Source of the DNA: Chrysomallon squamiferum
Taxonomy: Eukaryota > Animalia > Mollusca
Assembly: GCA_012295275.1 (NCBI GenBank)
Contig: CM022666.1
Span: 7,874,001 to 7,938,000, forward strand
Length of the DNA stretch: 64,000 bases
Direction: 5' to 3'
Part shown: positions 1-24,362 of the stretch, in pieces
How the letters are laid out: each line of letters opens with the position of its first letter
How positions within the stretch are numbered: position 1 is the stretch's first letter
Notes under the pieces: model-generated
Database searches by the model: none
What the model was told of the DNA's origin: nothing
Seen by the model: the letters and a program-made list of their open reading frames with translations, nothing else
Translations under genes and position numbers: made by a program

Positions 1-289
1 AGATGGGGGCAGGGTAACTATGCTTAAGTCTTTTGCCAGACAGGTACAGCAGATTACTTTACAGAAATCTGTATGTCAGAAATGCTTGCTGCCTAATGAA
101 AACTAGTTTCCAGTGACAGTCAGAAATTAGGATTTTATAACCTTTAGCTGTGCATGAATAGTTTTTGCTGTAGCGACAAAGCACTAGTGGAGACATGGTG
201 TGTGCAGTTTTTTTTTTTTGGTTACTGAAAACTGAAGTTCAGTTTTCCAGTATTAGAGTAATACAGATTAGAATGTTTCTGCTTTGCAG

Positions 290-9612
<9,323 letters not shown>

Positions 9613-11033
9613 AGTGGATCGATCGACTAAGAAGTGGGATTCAACCGACCGGGCTTGGCAGACGAGGTGTATTATTGGGTGTGCCTGAACAAGATGACCA
9701 GATTTTCGTTGGGACTTTATTAATTTGATTTTTTTGTCATCTTGCTTGGTTGCATGTTTATTTGACTGTTTATTATTATTTTTTTTTAAATGTTCTCTCA
9801 CCATTATTTGCTTTTTGAGGAAAAAGAAAAAAAAAAATTCCTAACATGAAATGTATGTATGTTGGGTAACAGTTGGAGACACCAGTAACATTTGAATACA
9901 TGATGCAGATGACCTTTATAAAATGGGTTAAAGCTTTATGTGCTGAAACTTTAATCGGTTTCTTAATGTTTTTAATCATGTTTGATCAAATATTGCCAGA
10001 TTTATACTTCTGGACTTCAGTCACAAAATGTCTGTTCATAAGACAAATTTAAGAAAAAAAAAAAAAACTCCCCAAACTGATGGCGTTATTTTGATTTGTA
10101 TTTATTTGATAGTAATGTTTTTAGGTGAAAATGAAACAATTGCAAGTTCTGAACTTGAAGTTGTGATAAGGGAAAGTTTAATGGTTTTGAGTAGATGTCG
10201 AATCAAGTCTTCCAACTGGTGGTTCAAACCAGTTTCAGAGAGGAAAAGAACATTCAGTTAAAATGACTCGAAAGTGGTCATATTTCTCAAGCGTATCATT
10301 CTCACTTAATAACGTTTTATAACTAATCATTTTCTACTTTCTTTTTTTTTGTCCCCTTTCCATTTTTAAATTTTGTTCCATTTTATTTAACTCATTGTGT
10401 AACATCACATAAAAAAAAGTGATAAATATGGTGGGTTTGTCTTAAAAAGGATTTTTTCTTTTCTGATTGTTGTTTCAGTGCTGAAGCATAACCCTTTGAG
10501 TTTGCAAGTAATACATGCTTTGAGGAGAGTAAACTAAAGCGCAATTTATGAAAGACGAAAGTTTAAACAAGAAAAAAAACAACTCTTAGATTATAAAAGA
10601 CTTGTTTAAAATGTGTGCATAGTACATTTTATACCGGTTTGATGCTATACAATAGTCAGTTGTGCAATTATTTGTTTTCTTACTAACCGGTGATTAATCA
10701 TTCAAGATTAAAACATCAAAGGAAACCAGATCTTAAAAGCAATCAAAAGGATCATTATTTATTTTTACCGTTTGTTCATGAAACCTAGTTGAACGTAACC
10801 ATTACAAACATGTTTTTCATCTGGGTTTCCATCGAGTTAAATAAAGACAGAAACGCACAACTGGGTGTTTATTACATGCACGTTTTCAATGTGTGTGTTT
10901 GTATTATAACTGATATTTTATTTTCGTATTTAAAGATGAAAATTTTTATTTAAAATAGCCTTGTACACCGACATATGTTACCAAGGTGTACAGGGCAAAA
11001 TGTATCTTTAAAAAAGGTGAATATTAAATGAAA

Positions 11034-11039
11034 AATAAA
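11034..11039 (+). terminator. Candidate polyadenylation signal for DDX3 (proximal)
   Basis: AATAAA immediately after a hairpin-rich 3'UTR segment. Other AATAAA exist further downstream (e.g. near 18860, followed by a GT/T-rich tract). Confidence 0.35.
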
Positions 11040-11746
11040 CCTATAAAAAGTAGCCAAAATATTTAATTTATTCAGTATTGCTTTCACTAAGTGACTTATA
11101 AAAGTTGCACCATCAGTTTGTTTTATATCTATTGGTTTTTCCTACATAGATTCATTTTAATACTAAAATGGGGTGTGCTTGTATGAATCATAAGTATTGA
11201 GGGAGAAAATAAGACATGATAATGTTTCTTCATAAGTTACATTACCACTTCATCATTCATCATAAAATTTCAGTTTTTTATTTTTTTTCCCGTTTCCAGA
11301 ATGTTCCATAAATAATTTTAAGAAAAATGTAGGCAGCTGCTGAAATTATCATTTGAGTAGCTAACGTTTTTAAAACCCATTTTATAAATACGTTATATTT
11401 TTTTGTATTTTTTTTTTAAACTGAAAACTGGTGATGCAACTTTGATAAAGATTTTTATTAAGTAAGAAAAGTGCGCTTTACTTGTTTGATCTTAATGTAC
11501 GTGTCATGTTTTGCCGTAATAATCCTCAGAGTTGAAATGATGGGTGCTAGCGTGTTTGTGTGTGAGTGAAATGGTTCATGAGGTAATTTGACATGCATTT
11601 TTACTCGTGGTCGAATATTGATGCAAACTATTGGTATAAATAGTTTTATAGACTTTTTCCTATTGCTCCTTCATTATCTATTATATAATATCCTAAGAAA
11701 TTATGACCAAGAAATTTTTAACCTGTATCTGAAATAAAGTTTATAA

Positions 11747-11777
<31 letters not shown>

Positions 11778-13592
11778 GTGTTAATTTTTGTACATTGGGC
11801 ATTTGAAATTAACAGTTCAGATTAGTAATTTATTTCCATAACAAACATATGTGAAAGTTTGTGTATTGGTCATGAAGTAGAATTTGGAGGTTTTGAAATT
11901 ATTAAATAATTTAAACAGCCTTAAAGATCAAATGTACTTGGTCATGCATGTTCTTTTTTCATTATTTCCAGATTAACAAAGGTTTTTAAACCACATACTT
12001 GCTATATCCATGTCAAGTATAAATGAACCATTTTAGGCTGCACTGAAGTCTGTCATGTATTAAATCTGGTTCTTCATCTGTTCCTAACACCAGTTTTTGA
12101 TGATTATTATTATTATTATTATTATTATTTTTATTTGTAAAATTTTATTGTGTGTATAAATGTGTTAGAATAGTTTTTAAATTTTTTTCTTGAGATGCCG
12201 TCCTTTGATAAGACGATTGCTGATGTATTTTGCATTTTTCCATTTTGGTAACACATCAAGTGTTTCCTAGAACTTTTTTTTAAAATTATTGATCTCCATC
12301 TGATTTTTTTTAACCAGGGTGGTGATACAAGATGGTGATTAATTATTTTTGTTACAAGTTTTCATTTAAATGTTTCAAAGAATTTTTGCAAATGGACTTG
12401 AAGAAAAATTTGAAAGTGGTGCACAGGGTCTTAACAATTCATATGTACAAGTACTGAAGAAAAAATTTCAAATGAAAAAAAAAACTGATTAACAAAAAGG
12501 ATCATATAAACTGTAAAAGTATGTGTTTTTTATACTTCTAAATCTGTCAATTGGAATACTATATATTTTTTTTTTTTTAAGATTCTTGTGAAACCCAAGC
12601 CTGCAGAAGTATTGGTAACAAAATAACACATAAAAATTAAAAGAAATAAGACAGGAGGTAAATTTACTTAAAATAGTGATGCATGTTGACATTATAACTT
12701 AAACCATTTTTAATGTCATTTTAGCAGGTAATTAGCAGGTTAAAATCTATTTTCAAATTTCAGAATGACCAGTCTGTTTCAGGACATTCTGTGAATGTTT
12801 ACAATTAAATTTTCTAGTCAGAAGAAAAGAATCAGTTTAGTGTGGAATTGATAATTAATTCAGTTTTATATTGGTGCATTTTTATTACATGTACCAGTAT
12901 TTATTTATTAATAAAACCTAGGCTTGGAGTTTTACTTTTGTAATAAAAAATATTAAAATTTATTTAATAATAAATAAAATAACATTCATTTTTCTTCACA
13001 AATTTCAGCTAGTTACCTAGCTCTCCATTTGAATGTTAAAAAACATGCTAATGGAATGAAGTGAGAATTTATATTTAAAATTTGGGAGATGCTAAAATGA
13101 ATGGCTGATACATTTTTTTTTTTTTTTTTTTGTTAACAAATTTTATTTTGGTTACATTTTTTTTTTAACATTTCATAAATATACCTTGAACAAATTGATG
13201 TTTTTTAATAATTAAAATTGTTATTAATGATGAATGGTACTACCATATTTCCAAAAAAAATGGTTTGTGCCAAAATAAATTTTTTGAAATGGAGAAAATA
13301 CTTGAGCTTTTTGTTCACAAATGAAAATAAGATTTTGTGGAAAATAAGTTCTTTGCTACATTAACGTTAGCAAGTTGAATTAACAAATCTAAGCATTCAT
13401 TTCGAGCATCATTGTTGCATCACTGAACCCTGTGCAGAGAAAAACAACTGTTCATATAGTTCTATTGTAAGTTCTGAATTAGTTAACAATTTGAGTTCTG
13501 TGAATCTTGTTCTTCATGCTGTTAGTGTTACTTATTGCACCTGAACTGTTTTCAATATTGAATGTTTGGGCACCGTTGATCAGTTTATCTTC

Positions 13593-13623
<31 letters not shown>

Positions 13624-15899
13624 GTAAGCACAGGTTTTTCAGATGGTTTCATTTTTCAGCACAGTTGGAAGGAGAAAAATGTAATTTTTTTTTGGTGTAA
13701 TGAAGAATGTTTTCAAACTTTTTAAAAAATGTTGAATGTTTGATTCACAGAACAGTAAAAACTCTGCGCCTTAATGTGTCTGATGTTTTAACCTTTTTAG
13801 CACTGATCATTTTGGTAGTAGCTTTGAAAATAATAATGAAAAACAATTGGATTTTAATATTTAAAAAAAAAAATTCACATTGCTGCTGAGGTTTTTCTGA
13901 TTTTATTGCATTTTGGTTAATGCATCAAGCCAGTATTGTGATGAATATAGTGATTAGTGAAAGATGACTGGAAGCTAATTGTGATTGCAAATTCAATTTT
14001 AATCTTTGCCAGTGCTAAAAGGGTTAAAGATGATTATTCCAGGCTCAGAAAGATGGACATGTTAAAAAAAAAAAAAAAAAATTAATATTGTAGATTGTTG
14101 TGCTTTTAGAGTGTTGCTGGTCTCATAAGTTGCAGAGAAACCCATCCCTGGAAAAAATAATAATACCTAAAATACTAGTTAGTGCTAAATCACTGGTATG
14201 CCAAATTTTTCCTGTCTTGCCATTTTTTTTTTTAACATTCCATTTTTTTATGTTTGTCATTACCTACATTTCCTTGTTCAGGTATTTAAAAACATTTTTT
14301 TAAATTTTTTATTTTATTATTTTTTTATTTAGTATTTTCCAAAAACTTGATGTTAATTATGCCATTTAGACAGAAGCGTTTGTGATAGATCTTACTCAAG
14401 TGATAAACAGTATATACTGTTAGCTAGAACAGTTAAAGAAAATCTTTCAGATTAAACTGTTAAACAAATTTTCATGTAAATTTTAAAAGCTTTAATGAAC
14501 TTTACTTACATTTTACTTAAATGGTATAGAAAGTTTTGAATAAATCGTTAAAATCTGGTTTAGAGGTATAAAATGTATCATTTTGTGGACTATATTTGGG
14601 ATATAGAGTGAATTTTAAAAATCTGGATTTTGAAATATGTCTATATAATTTCACTGGATTCGTGATGATTTCATGGTGATAACATGTTTTAAATTTAAAT
14701 ATTCAAGGGTATAAAGTGTACAATAATGAACCAAATTCATGAAGAAGCTTGAGAAATAGCATTTTAAACTATAAGATGAATAATTTCATTTAGGAAGGAT
14801 TTAAATATATTTTAAACTAAATGGAGTCGAGGGTATACAATCTATAATCATGTGAACTGAATCTGGCACAAAGGATTAATGGGTGGGGGGGGTAAAAAAA
14901 ATAGGATTTCAAAATAGATGAATAGATTTATATTGAATTTGGAATTTCATTTCATGGGGAATGCAATTTTAAACTAAACGGGAACAGGGTGGGTTAATAA
15001 AGTTTGAAGGGGTAAAAAAAACAACTGGTGAATGGAATTTTGAACCCCTAATTGAGATTTGGGTTCAGAAAACTTGGATTTCATTCTGTGCAACACTTTG
15101 TGTGCAAGTTGAATGAATGAAGTCTGGCCAATCGTATAACGCATTTGGGACCAGCAGATTACATTGTGATATTATGAATATTTATATATTTTTATAGATT
15201 TAATAGGTGTATTTTAACGTGATCTGATCACTAAAAAGATTTTTTTATTGAAGTATAAACCTATTTCATATTTATTTGTAATATTCAGTATAATCATGAT
15301 TGTTGTAATGGACAACGCGATTCAAGATCACTTTAAATGTGTGTTTGTTTATTTTTTATATTTTTTTTTTAATGATTATCTGAAAAAAGATAAATATTTT
15401 AACTGTAGGAAGTTTAAAGAATATATCAGGAAAAATAGTTTTTGCATACATATATAAAGATTTATCACAGCAATTAAGATTGATTAAACTGGAAAATGGT
15501 GAAAATTTAAATTTGCAGTTTCTACACTAAATAAAAAAAGCATTTTATAAATTATTTTAGTTGTAGAATTGAGAGTTGGATTTAAATGTAATCAGTCAAT
15601 TTTCACTTACAAGGCCATTATTTACAATGCAGTCAAAAATCTAGTCTTTGTTTTATATGTAAAATAGTCTTTCTCAAAACTAGAGGCATTCGTTTTCAAA
15701 ATCATATATATATACACTTTTAAATGTAATGCTAAACATTTACATTTTATGATCACTGAATTAAATCGATAAAGGATTATTATAAAAAATACAACAAATA
15801 CTAATTAATTTTTATCCAACAGTGATTTTTGGTAGACCTTTTTTTCACCGTTACTACTTAAAATAGTCTATCATTAATGCTGTCTTTGGTTCCAACCGT

Positions 15900-15940
<41 letters not shown>

Positions 15941-18205
15941 AAAATTCCCATGTTTTAAAATTTATCATGTATACATTTTGTATTGGGATTCTCTGCACAT
16001 AAATGGGATTTTTATTTTTTAATATTTATTTTTTTTAATTTTTGTTTTAATTTTTTTTTTTTCTCAAAGAGGACAGCAATACTCAGGTGTGTACACATTC
16101 TACTTGTAAATTTTTCACAAAATAATAATTACAAAAATTAACACACTTGTTAATAAATGTGTTTTCTGTTGCATAAACTTGGGAAATTATTTCTCAACCT
16201 ATAACACAAATTTCCAGAAAGAAATGTTTTTATATTGGACGGCATTTGTATTTTTTCATATGAAATTGAATTTATTTAGTTTGTGAATTTCTGGCTACAG
16301 TTTGATGCCAAGATGTAGACTTGTGGTTTTGTCCAATAAAAATGGCACAGTTATGCTTATACAAGCACCTTTTTTTTTTTTACATGCATTCAATTATGGT
16401 AACAGATTCAGGATTATTACTTTTTATTAAGATATATATTTCTCTCCCTTGTTGCCTCATTTTTATTTCAGCAGAGAAAATCCTAAAATATCATGAGGTG
16501 ATAAAACTTGTTTTAATGAAATGTATATGGATTGATGTAAATTTTGTTTATATTATATTTTTTTCTTTCAAAACCCATAATAAGTGGCAAAGAACATTCA
16601 TTCCATCTTGAAGAATATAAAAATAATATACATATAACTTCAGTAATTACTTAATTTGATAAATTTGCAACGAAATGAGTTTTGTTAAGAAATGTTTATA
16701 TTCTTAATTTTTTTTTTTTTTATCCTCTTTACACTATCCAGGAATGGAGTTCAAAATACTGCAACAAATAAAAATGAAAATGTATTTTTTATTTATTTTA
16801 TTTTTTTTTTGTTTTGCACCATTGTGCAATGTTAATAGAATAATGAACTTTTTAACTACAACAGAGAAACAGTAGAATGCATAACTACAACATCAATATA
16901 ATGTGCTTTTAATTTAATTTCATTCCCATAAAAATTGGTTTGTAAGAACCAATGTTATTTACAGTAATTGTGACCCATCACATCAAACCAGTTCTTAAGT
17001 TGTGTTTTGGCTGATTGGAAGTATTAACATAAGCTTTATTTTCAGACCTCGTTTCACATACCATGTTTAGTTCCAGAGATATTTCTAGACAAATTTTCTT
17101 GCATCTAGCAATTAATGTTCATAACAGTGCTCCAAAACACACCTTAGGATTAATATCTATCAATTTGATCACTGAATCAGATACATTTTTAACAAAATGC
17201 CAAAATCGAAGAATGTTGTCAGCCTGCTATTTGCTAAAGCTCAGTACTTGGCCATAAGGCTTGAGACGTAATTTGATGTGATGGTCACAATTTTCTAGAT
17301 GGCTGTAGGTGAATTTTTTTATTTTTTTTTACTTCGATTTATCCAAATACTGACCACATAATGAACAAATTTTTCAGTGTAAATGTTTTGTGGTTTTACA
17401 AAACGGGTAAAATAGTAATAATTTTACATTTCTAAAAATATCATTCATCTAGGTTAAAAATAAAAATGTGTACATATTACTAATTTAATCGATACTACTA
17501 AATGATTTCCATTACAAAATTATGACTTCATTTGGTTTTTAATTTTAAAAATTTATAATCGGAACATCAAATTACAGAATAGGTTCACATTCAAATACTT
17601 TTTTCAATAGGATGTTCTGGTCTGTTATTTATTAGCTTATTATGATAAACAAATTTCTGTGATTATTTTGAGTGGTCAGTATTTTTATTTTTATTAATCA
17701 TTTACCGTCAACCCATACTCAACAAAAACGGCATAAATAAAACGGTTTCCATTTTTAGCATGGATGTATCCTGCATTTTCATTGGCTGTATCATTCTGAT
17801 GTCTTCAGAGGCTGTTTGATGAAGATTGTTCATTTCCAAGTACTGATAACATTCAAGCAGTATCTGAAAATGTGGCCAAACAGTTACAAATTTATTAAAT
17901 TGGTCACACAAACCTTAGTTAATTTCCCAAATGTGATGATAAATTTTTACTTATTTTGTTTTATTTAAAAAAAAAAAAAAAAAAAAATTTGTGGGAAAGG
18001 TAATTTAATTGTCTCTTTCTAAACATTTAAACATTAAGTGCCTTTAAAAGTATAATTAGAATCATGCTTCCATTTTGCAAATTAAATTTTGTCATCGAGA
18101 ATTAAAGAAAGGTTTTGTTTTGACAGGTGGTTTTTAATTAATTTTTTCTTTCTCCCGCCATATATGTAAGAATGACAAAACTGTTTCAATACTTTAATTA
18201 TCTGA

Positions 18206-18252
<47 letters not shown>

Positions 18253-18774
18253 TTTTTATTATTAAGATAAATATACCTTCCACCCATCTTATGTTATAAA
18301 GTGCAATATTTCATTTTGGGAATGAACATCATAGCTTTAAAAATAATTAAAAAAACATCCTTTGTAGAGGATAAAATGGTGATTTATAATTGATCCTTTA
18401 TTTTTATTTATTTTTTATGAATTTTTTTTTTCCAAAAAATCCGAAGTTTTATCATTGAGAGTAAAATTGGTTTAATTGGAAAACATTTTTAGTGCTCTTT
18501 TTTTTTTTAAATTATATAATTATTTAAATTTTTTTCTTTGTTCGAATATGCAGGGTATATTTATTAATTGAAGAATTGATCAGTATGTCACCTTTAGAGA
18601 AATAATTTTATTTTTTTTAATTTATTTTTTGTTTGTTTTACTGTATTTCTATTTTTCAATGCATTCCCACTTTGTAGCAGTTAAAAGATTGTAAATATTA
18701 AAGAAAATTAATAAAACAGATAAATTTAGAAAACATCACTGTTCATAATAAAGGATATATTAAAAAAGGTTTTT

Positions 18775-18788
18775 GTTACCATGACAAC
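18775..18788. promoter_or_regulatory. RFX X-box motif
   Basis: GTTACCATGACAAC closely matches the X-box consensus GTYRCCATGGYAAC. It lies 1.7 kb downstream of the ciliary gene NME7. Confidence 0.4.
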
Positions 18789-20518
18789 AGGTCATTTGTG
18801 CCATTATTAAGTGGACCAATTTCTACATCTGAGCATTGTATACATTTAGAGTTGAATACAATAAAATATTAAAAAGCCTAGTTTTGTTGTTTTCTTTTAA
18901 TTTATTATTATTGTTATTAATGAAAATGTTAATAAGATTTTTAAATGTCTTGATCCATTAACTTTTAAAATAATATTTTAAAAATCTGATTGGTAATTTA
19001 ATTGCTGGAACTATCCCATATACGTGAAGAACTGATCACATAATTTATATCGCCAGAGGCCTGTGATAGTACATTTAATATGCAGGCCAATAATTCATGG
19101 TAATGAAAACGAGATTATTTTTACATTTTACCCATTTGTTAACCAAAAAATGTGACTTGCTAAATCTGAAAGAAGACACTAAGTTTGTGTATATGTTCTT
19201 TCGAGTGTTTTCATTTTTATTTCTTTCATAAATACAAGAAACCACATAGTATTATTTTAAAGAAATCTAGGTAAGTTGACAACGTTGATATTTCATCGAA
19301 CCAAATTAATGTGAAAAACAAAAATCACTGTGGTTGAGAATTGTTTATGGCAGTAAATGTACCAGTTAGGACAGTTGCAAGGCAAAACGCAGCCATTGAT
19401 TTATCACTAATATTTGTCTTAAATTTTCAGAAATGTAACAATTATTTTAAACTTGAATGTCTAGTGCAGGAATTCTGTGAAACTATTTTGGGACTATTTA
19501 ATCGTTATGCCTCTTAAAACTGGTGAACATGGGTTGACTACAGTTTAAAAATAATTTGGCTGTTAAAGTTTCAGAATTTAATACTCTGCATGAGCTAATT
19601 ATTGTCAAATACTCAGTTTCATACAATTTAAAAAATATTCAGTTTGGCAGCATATGACTGGAATTAATGGAGTATAATTATGAACTTGAGAAATGAAATA
19701 ATAAGATTTTTTTCGTGGTGTTGAGTATCACCAACATTCATGTTCCTTTTGTGATATTCTCCATTACATCTACAGCTTCTATATTCACAAAAATGTGTAT
19801 GATTGAATTTCAGTGATGGAAATCTTGCCATTTTTAGCATGAATGATTTTAACTTTTATGTTGGAGTTGTTATGTAAGATATCCAGATGATATTTAATAT
19901 TTTTTATTTTTTTTTTTGTTGATAATGTTACTAGGTAAGCTATTTTTAGTCTTTTCTCATTACACTGAGAAGAGTTGTATTAATGTTGGTACAAAATGCA
20001 ACCTGAGATTCAGTGAACAGGGTTACGACTGCTACTATAGTTCTATTTTTAAAATCGGATGTAAGCATGAAAGCATGTTTAAATCGTTTTTAATCTACTT
20101 AGCAGATCAAGAATACTGAATTCAACATTACAAATATTTTACATTTACAATTTATTCAATCGCTTCATGGACTGTAGCTAGCCCAGTTTTAATTTCTTAA
20201 TTCCCATGAACTATATTATATTTGTGCCAAAGTGAGAAACAGTTCCCAGTAATAATAATAACAACAATAAAAATAATACATAATAATAACAACAACAATA
20301 AAATTTATAATAACAAATGATTATTCTTTAAAAGCCACAAAAAAACAAAATAAAAATAACAACCACCCAAACAATTACAGTTAAAAATAAAATTTATTAA
20401 AAAGATGTTCAGTGTGTGTACGATCACATTTTCTGGATCACAGTTTACTTGATTGTGTTAATGTCTGTTATACAAGATATTACTGGAAGTTCCAAGATGA
20501 ATAATACAAAAAGTACAA

Positions 20519-21330
20519 TCAGCACTGATCTAGAATTTTGAAGAAATACTCCACCTGGAAAGTAAAAATAATCCTGTATTAAAGAATGAATAACAATTTT
20601 GTTTACATAAGCTGTTTATTTCACTTATGAAACATACAATGGTATTTATTAACAGAAGCATTGTGTTGACAACCATTATTTTAAATATATATCTAGTAAC
20701 AAAGAAAAAGCTAAAATTCTGTAATTCAAAAATTGGTTTTTACCATTAACCTTTCTTAATAAAGAAGTATAAAAAGCCTTACTGCATGCATGTTTTCTTT
20801 AATTTTGACATCACTTCATTCTTAAATATTCCATACAAGAATTAAATGTCACCTTTACAATTACGTGCCCAATCAATCAATCAATCTATCTATCTATCTA
20901 TATAATATATATATGTGGGGGTGTGTGTGTGTGTGTGTGTGTGTAAACACACACATACATACATACACACACACATATATATATACACACAAACAACATA
21001 CAGACACACACACACACATACACACATAAATATATATATATATATATGATTGACAAAATTACAAAACAAAGAAAAATGACAGACTCCAAACAACCTCTCA
21101 GATTATATAAACTGGAATAAAACTGGAATAATGATTGTCTAATTACCTCCAGTAAACCATCTTCTGGCAAATCAGTGCAGTGAAGAGCATTTTTTATTTT
21201 GTCAATTCCAAAAATTGCTCTCAACGTTCTTGGTCTCAAGTGTCGAGCAATTTCCTGTGAAAATGGACACAAATACAAATATAATAATAATAATAGTTGT
21301 TATCTTTGTTGTTCTTGTTGTTGTTGATAT

Positions 21331-21390
<60 letters not shown>

Positions 21391-24309
21391 GCTAATACAT
21401 AAATTATAAATTTAAATATTTTCAATTTTCAATTTTTCAATAAATTGTAATTATCATCTTTGAAGAAGAAATATACAAAATAAATAAATAAATAAAATTA
21501 AATGAAAAATATAAACAAACATGTGAGAAATAAAGTTACACAAACACATTTTGTATCAAAATATTTGCATTGTTTCTCAGAACAAAAAAACAACAACACA
21601 GAACCACTCATAAATAATGAAATAAATAAAAATCAAACAATTATAATTTCACTGTTAAATTTTCTACAATGTTGAAACATCATCCACATATGCACACATT
21701 CACAAAAAACCTTCCCTCCCCAAGAAAAATCACCATCATAACATTAAAAATGTAAAAAAAAAAAAAAAATTCTTACTGGATCTGATGGGCCAACCATTTC
21801 CCTGAATGCAGCTGGGGCATTTTGAGCTCGTATTTCCATTGCTATGCAAGGCCCAGATGTCATTTCTTGTACCATGGCATTGTACTCTGGCAAAACTCCT
21901 TTGTACACTTCATAAAACTCCTCAGCATTTGCCTTGTCCAGATAAAACATCTCTATTGCAGTCACTTCAAATCTAGCTTCGAGTACAGCCATAATCAGTT
22001 TCCCAGCCAATCCTGTATTTTTAGTCAAAATAACAAAGTTAATTTTATGTCACCAAAAGTGGCAATTCAAACTAGTGTTGTTCAGATACAATATCTGCAT
22101 TATAAAACATCCCCAGGCATTCCTAAATTTTAAATCAAATTTAATTATGTTCCATAATAAATAATTAAAAAAATAAGCCAAGTCAGAATAAAGTATCTGT
22201 TTATAAAACATTGCTTGAAACTATTACTTTAATTATACAAACAAATACTGCCATGATGTTTTCCAGACAATGCTAAATTTATGTATTTTCAAAGATCCTT
22301 TGCATTCCATAAGAATAATTCAGATTAGTCCTGTTAGTTTTAGAAAACATTTGGAAATCTAGTTTCTACTGGTTCTAGTATAGCTATATTCAGCTTCCCA
22401 TTCAGTTCTTAATATTAAAACAAAATAATTATAAACATTTTAAGATTCTGTGATATGCATTAATAACAATCCAAATAATCATTACTTGAACAAAATGTAT
22501 ATTTTGTAACAAAATATTTTACATTTATAACATTTTTGACAGAGATTTCTTAAAATAATAATTAAAATAAATTTCAAAACAGTTGTTAATTAATAAGTGT
22601 GATAAGGAGAAATTTTTAGCAAAAAAAACAAACATCCAGCTCACTCAAAATTAATTTTCAAGAATATAATATCAAATAAAAATAATAAATTGATATATAC
22701 AACAAAAATATAATATCGAATACAAATAATAAATTAATAAATGCAAGAAAAATATAAAATTTCAATAATTTCATATCTTAAAAAACATGTATTTATTTAT
22801 TTACCTGATTTAACTGCATGTGGTTTTATCACACCACAGGTAACTTCATCAAAACAGGCAGAGTTCTGGCGAGGGGTACCAAGGTGGGGAAAAATAATTC
22901 CATTTCCCGAGCATAAGACTCTGCGTCTTTGGGTCCATGCACAGCATTCCTTGTTGTGTCTGAAGTAAAGATACAGTAGAATAAGTAACATAGTAAAATT
23001 AGATCAGATCAAAGCAAAGCAAGGCAAGACGAGGTAAAAATAAAAGCAAAGCAAAGCAAATAAAATCAAATGCAATTCAAAGTAACAGAATATAACATAA
23101 TCAAATAAAATGAAAAGTAAATACAAATTTTATTTAAAAAGGACAGCTCTGATGTTTGCCTACTTCCAGATCCAACTCAGGAAGGCAAGACTGCAATTGA
23201 ATGCTCAGGAATAACTGTGGAAAAAAGCAGGGTTATTCTGCTTTTATTTGCATAAAACTTCAGTCAAATCAACCAAATTGACTCCTTTAACCGAAACCCC
23301 CCCCCCTTTGCCCCTACTTGCATAAACACACACAAACAGACACCTTTGTACAAGAGTATATACACACAACAAAGAGCAAAGTTTAATCTTTATACTGTTC
23401 AAGAAATATTTGTGTTATGTATAAAGACATTACCTGTCCAATTAAAGCAAAGTGAATGGAATTCACGTTTCATCTCTTATATGTAAGTTACTTGTTAATA
23501 CATAATAATGCATTTGTAATGACTATTTCTAACATGATTTTCACATGTCAGGTATGTTTTAAAATATATATTTATATATAGGGATATATCAAAACATATT
23601 AAAAGTTAACAGTTTTAGAAATGCTACTGTATTTTTTAATTGCTTTAAAAAAAAAAAAAAAAAAAAAAGAATATACCAAAGACAGATGTACATTAAATGT
23701 GAACAGTTTTAGAAATGATACTGTATTTTTCAACTGCTGTTTTAGAATAAAATAAAAATACAAAAGACAGATGTATATTAGATGTAAACAGTTTTAGACA
23801 CCATACAGCATTTTTCAATTTCCCCTGGTAACTTTTCAAAATAAACTGCAATTATATTATGTATCGTCATTTGTAGATCAATTTCCATGTTAATTATAAA
23901 CAAAACAGCTTTAACCCAGCTTCGAGGTGTAATGAACATGCTGTTACCCCCTGGTTTGAGGAATAAAGATGTTACCTGTGCCAAACTGTGCCCTGAATGA
24001 TCTTGATGCTGTAGTACGAGCCTCTGTGGGGTCTGCAGGGCCCATCATTTCTCTCCACTTCCCTATCGCATTTTCACCAACAAGTTCCATTGCAATCACA
24101 GGTCCACTCGTTATGTGAGTGATAATTGCACTGATAATAATAATAATAATAATAATAATAATAGTGATAATAATATTAATAATAATAATAATAGTGATAA
24201 CAACAATAATAATAATAATAATAATAGTAATAATAATAATGATAATAATTAGAACAACAGTAGTAATAATAGAAATAGTAATTGTAATAGTAATAGAAAT
24301 AGTAATAGC

Positions 24310-24362
<53 letters not shown>

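Noticed and set aside
23165-23215. Possible NME7 cassette exon (CCACAG|...|GTAGG on the minus strand)
   Set aside because: In-frame stop, no NME7 similarity, and it does not repair the downstream frameshift.
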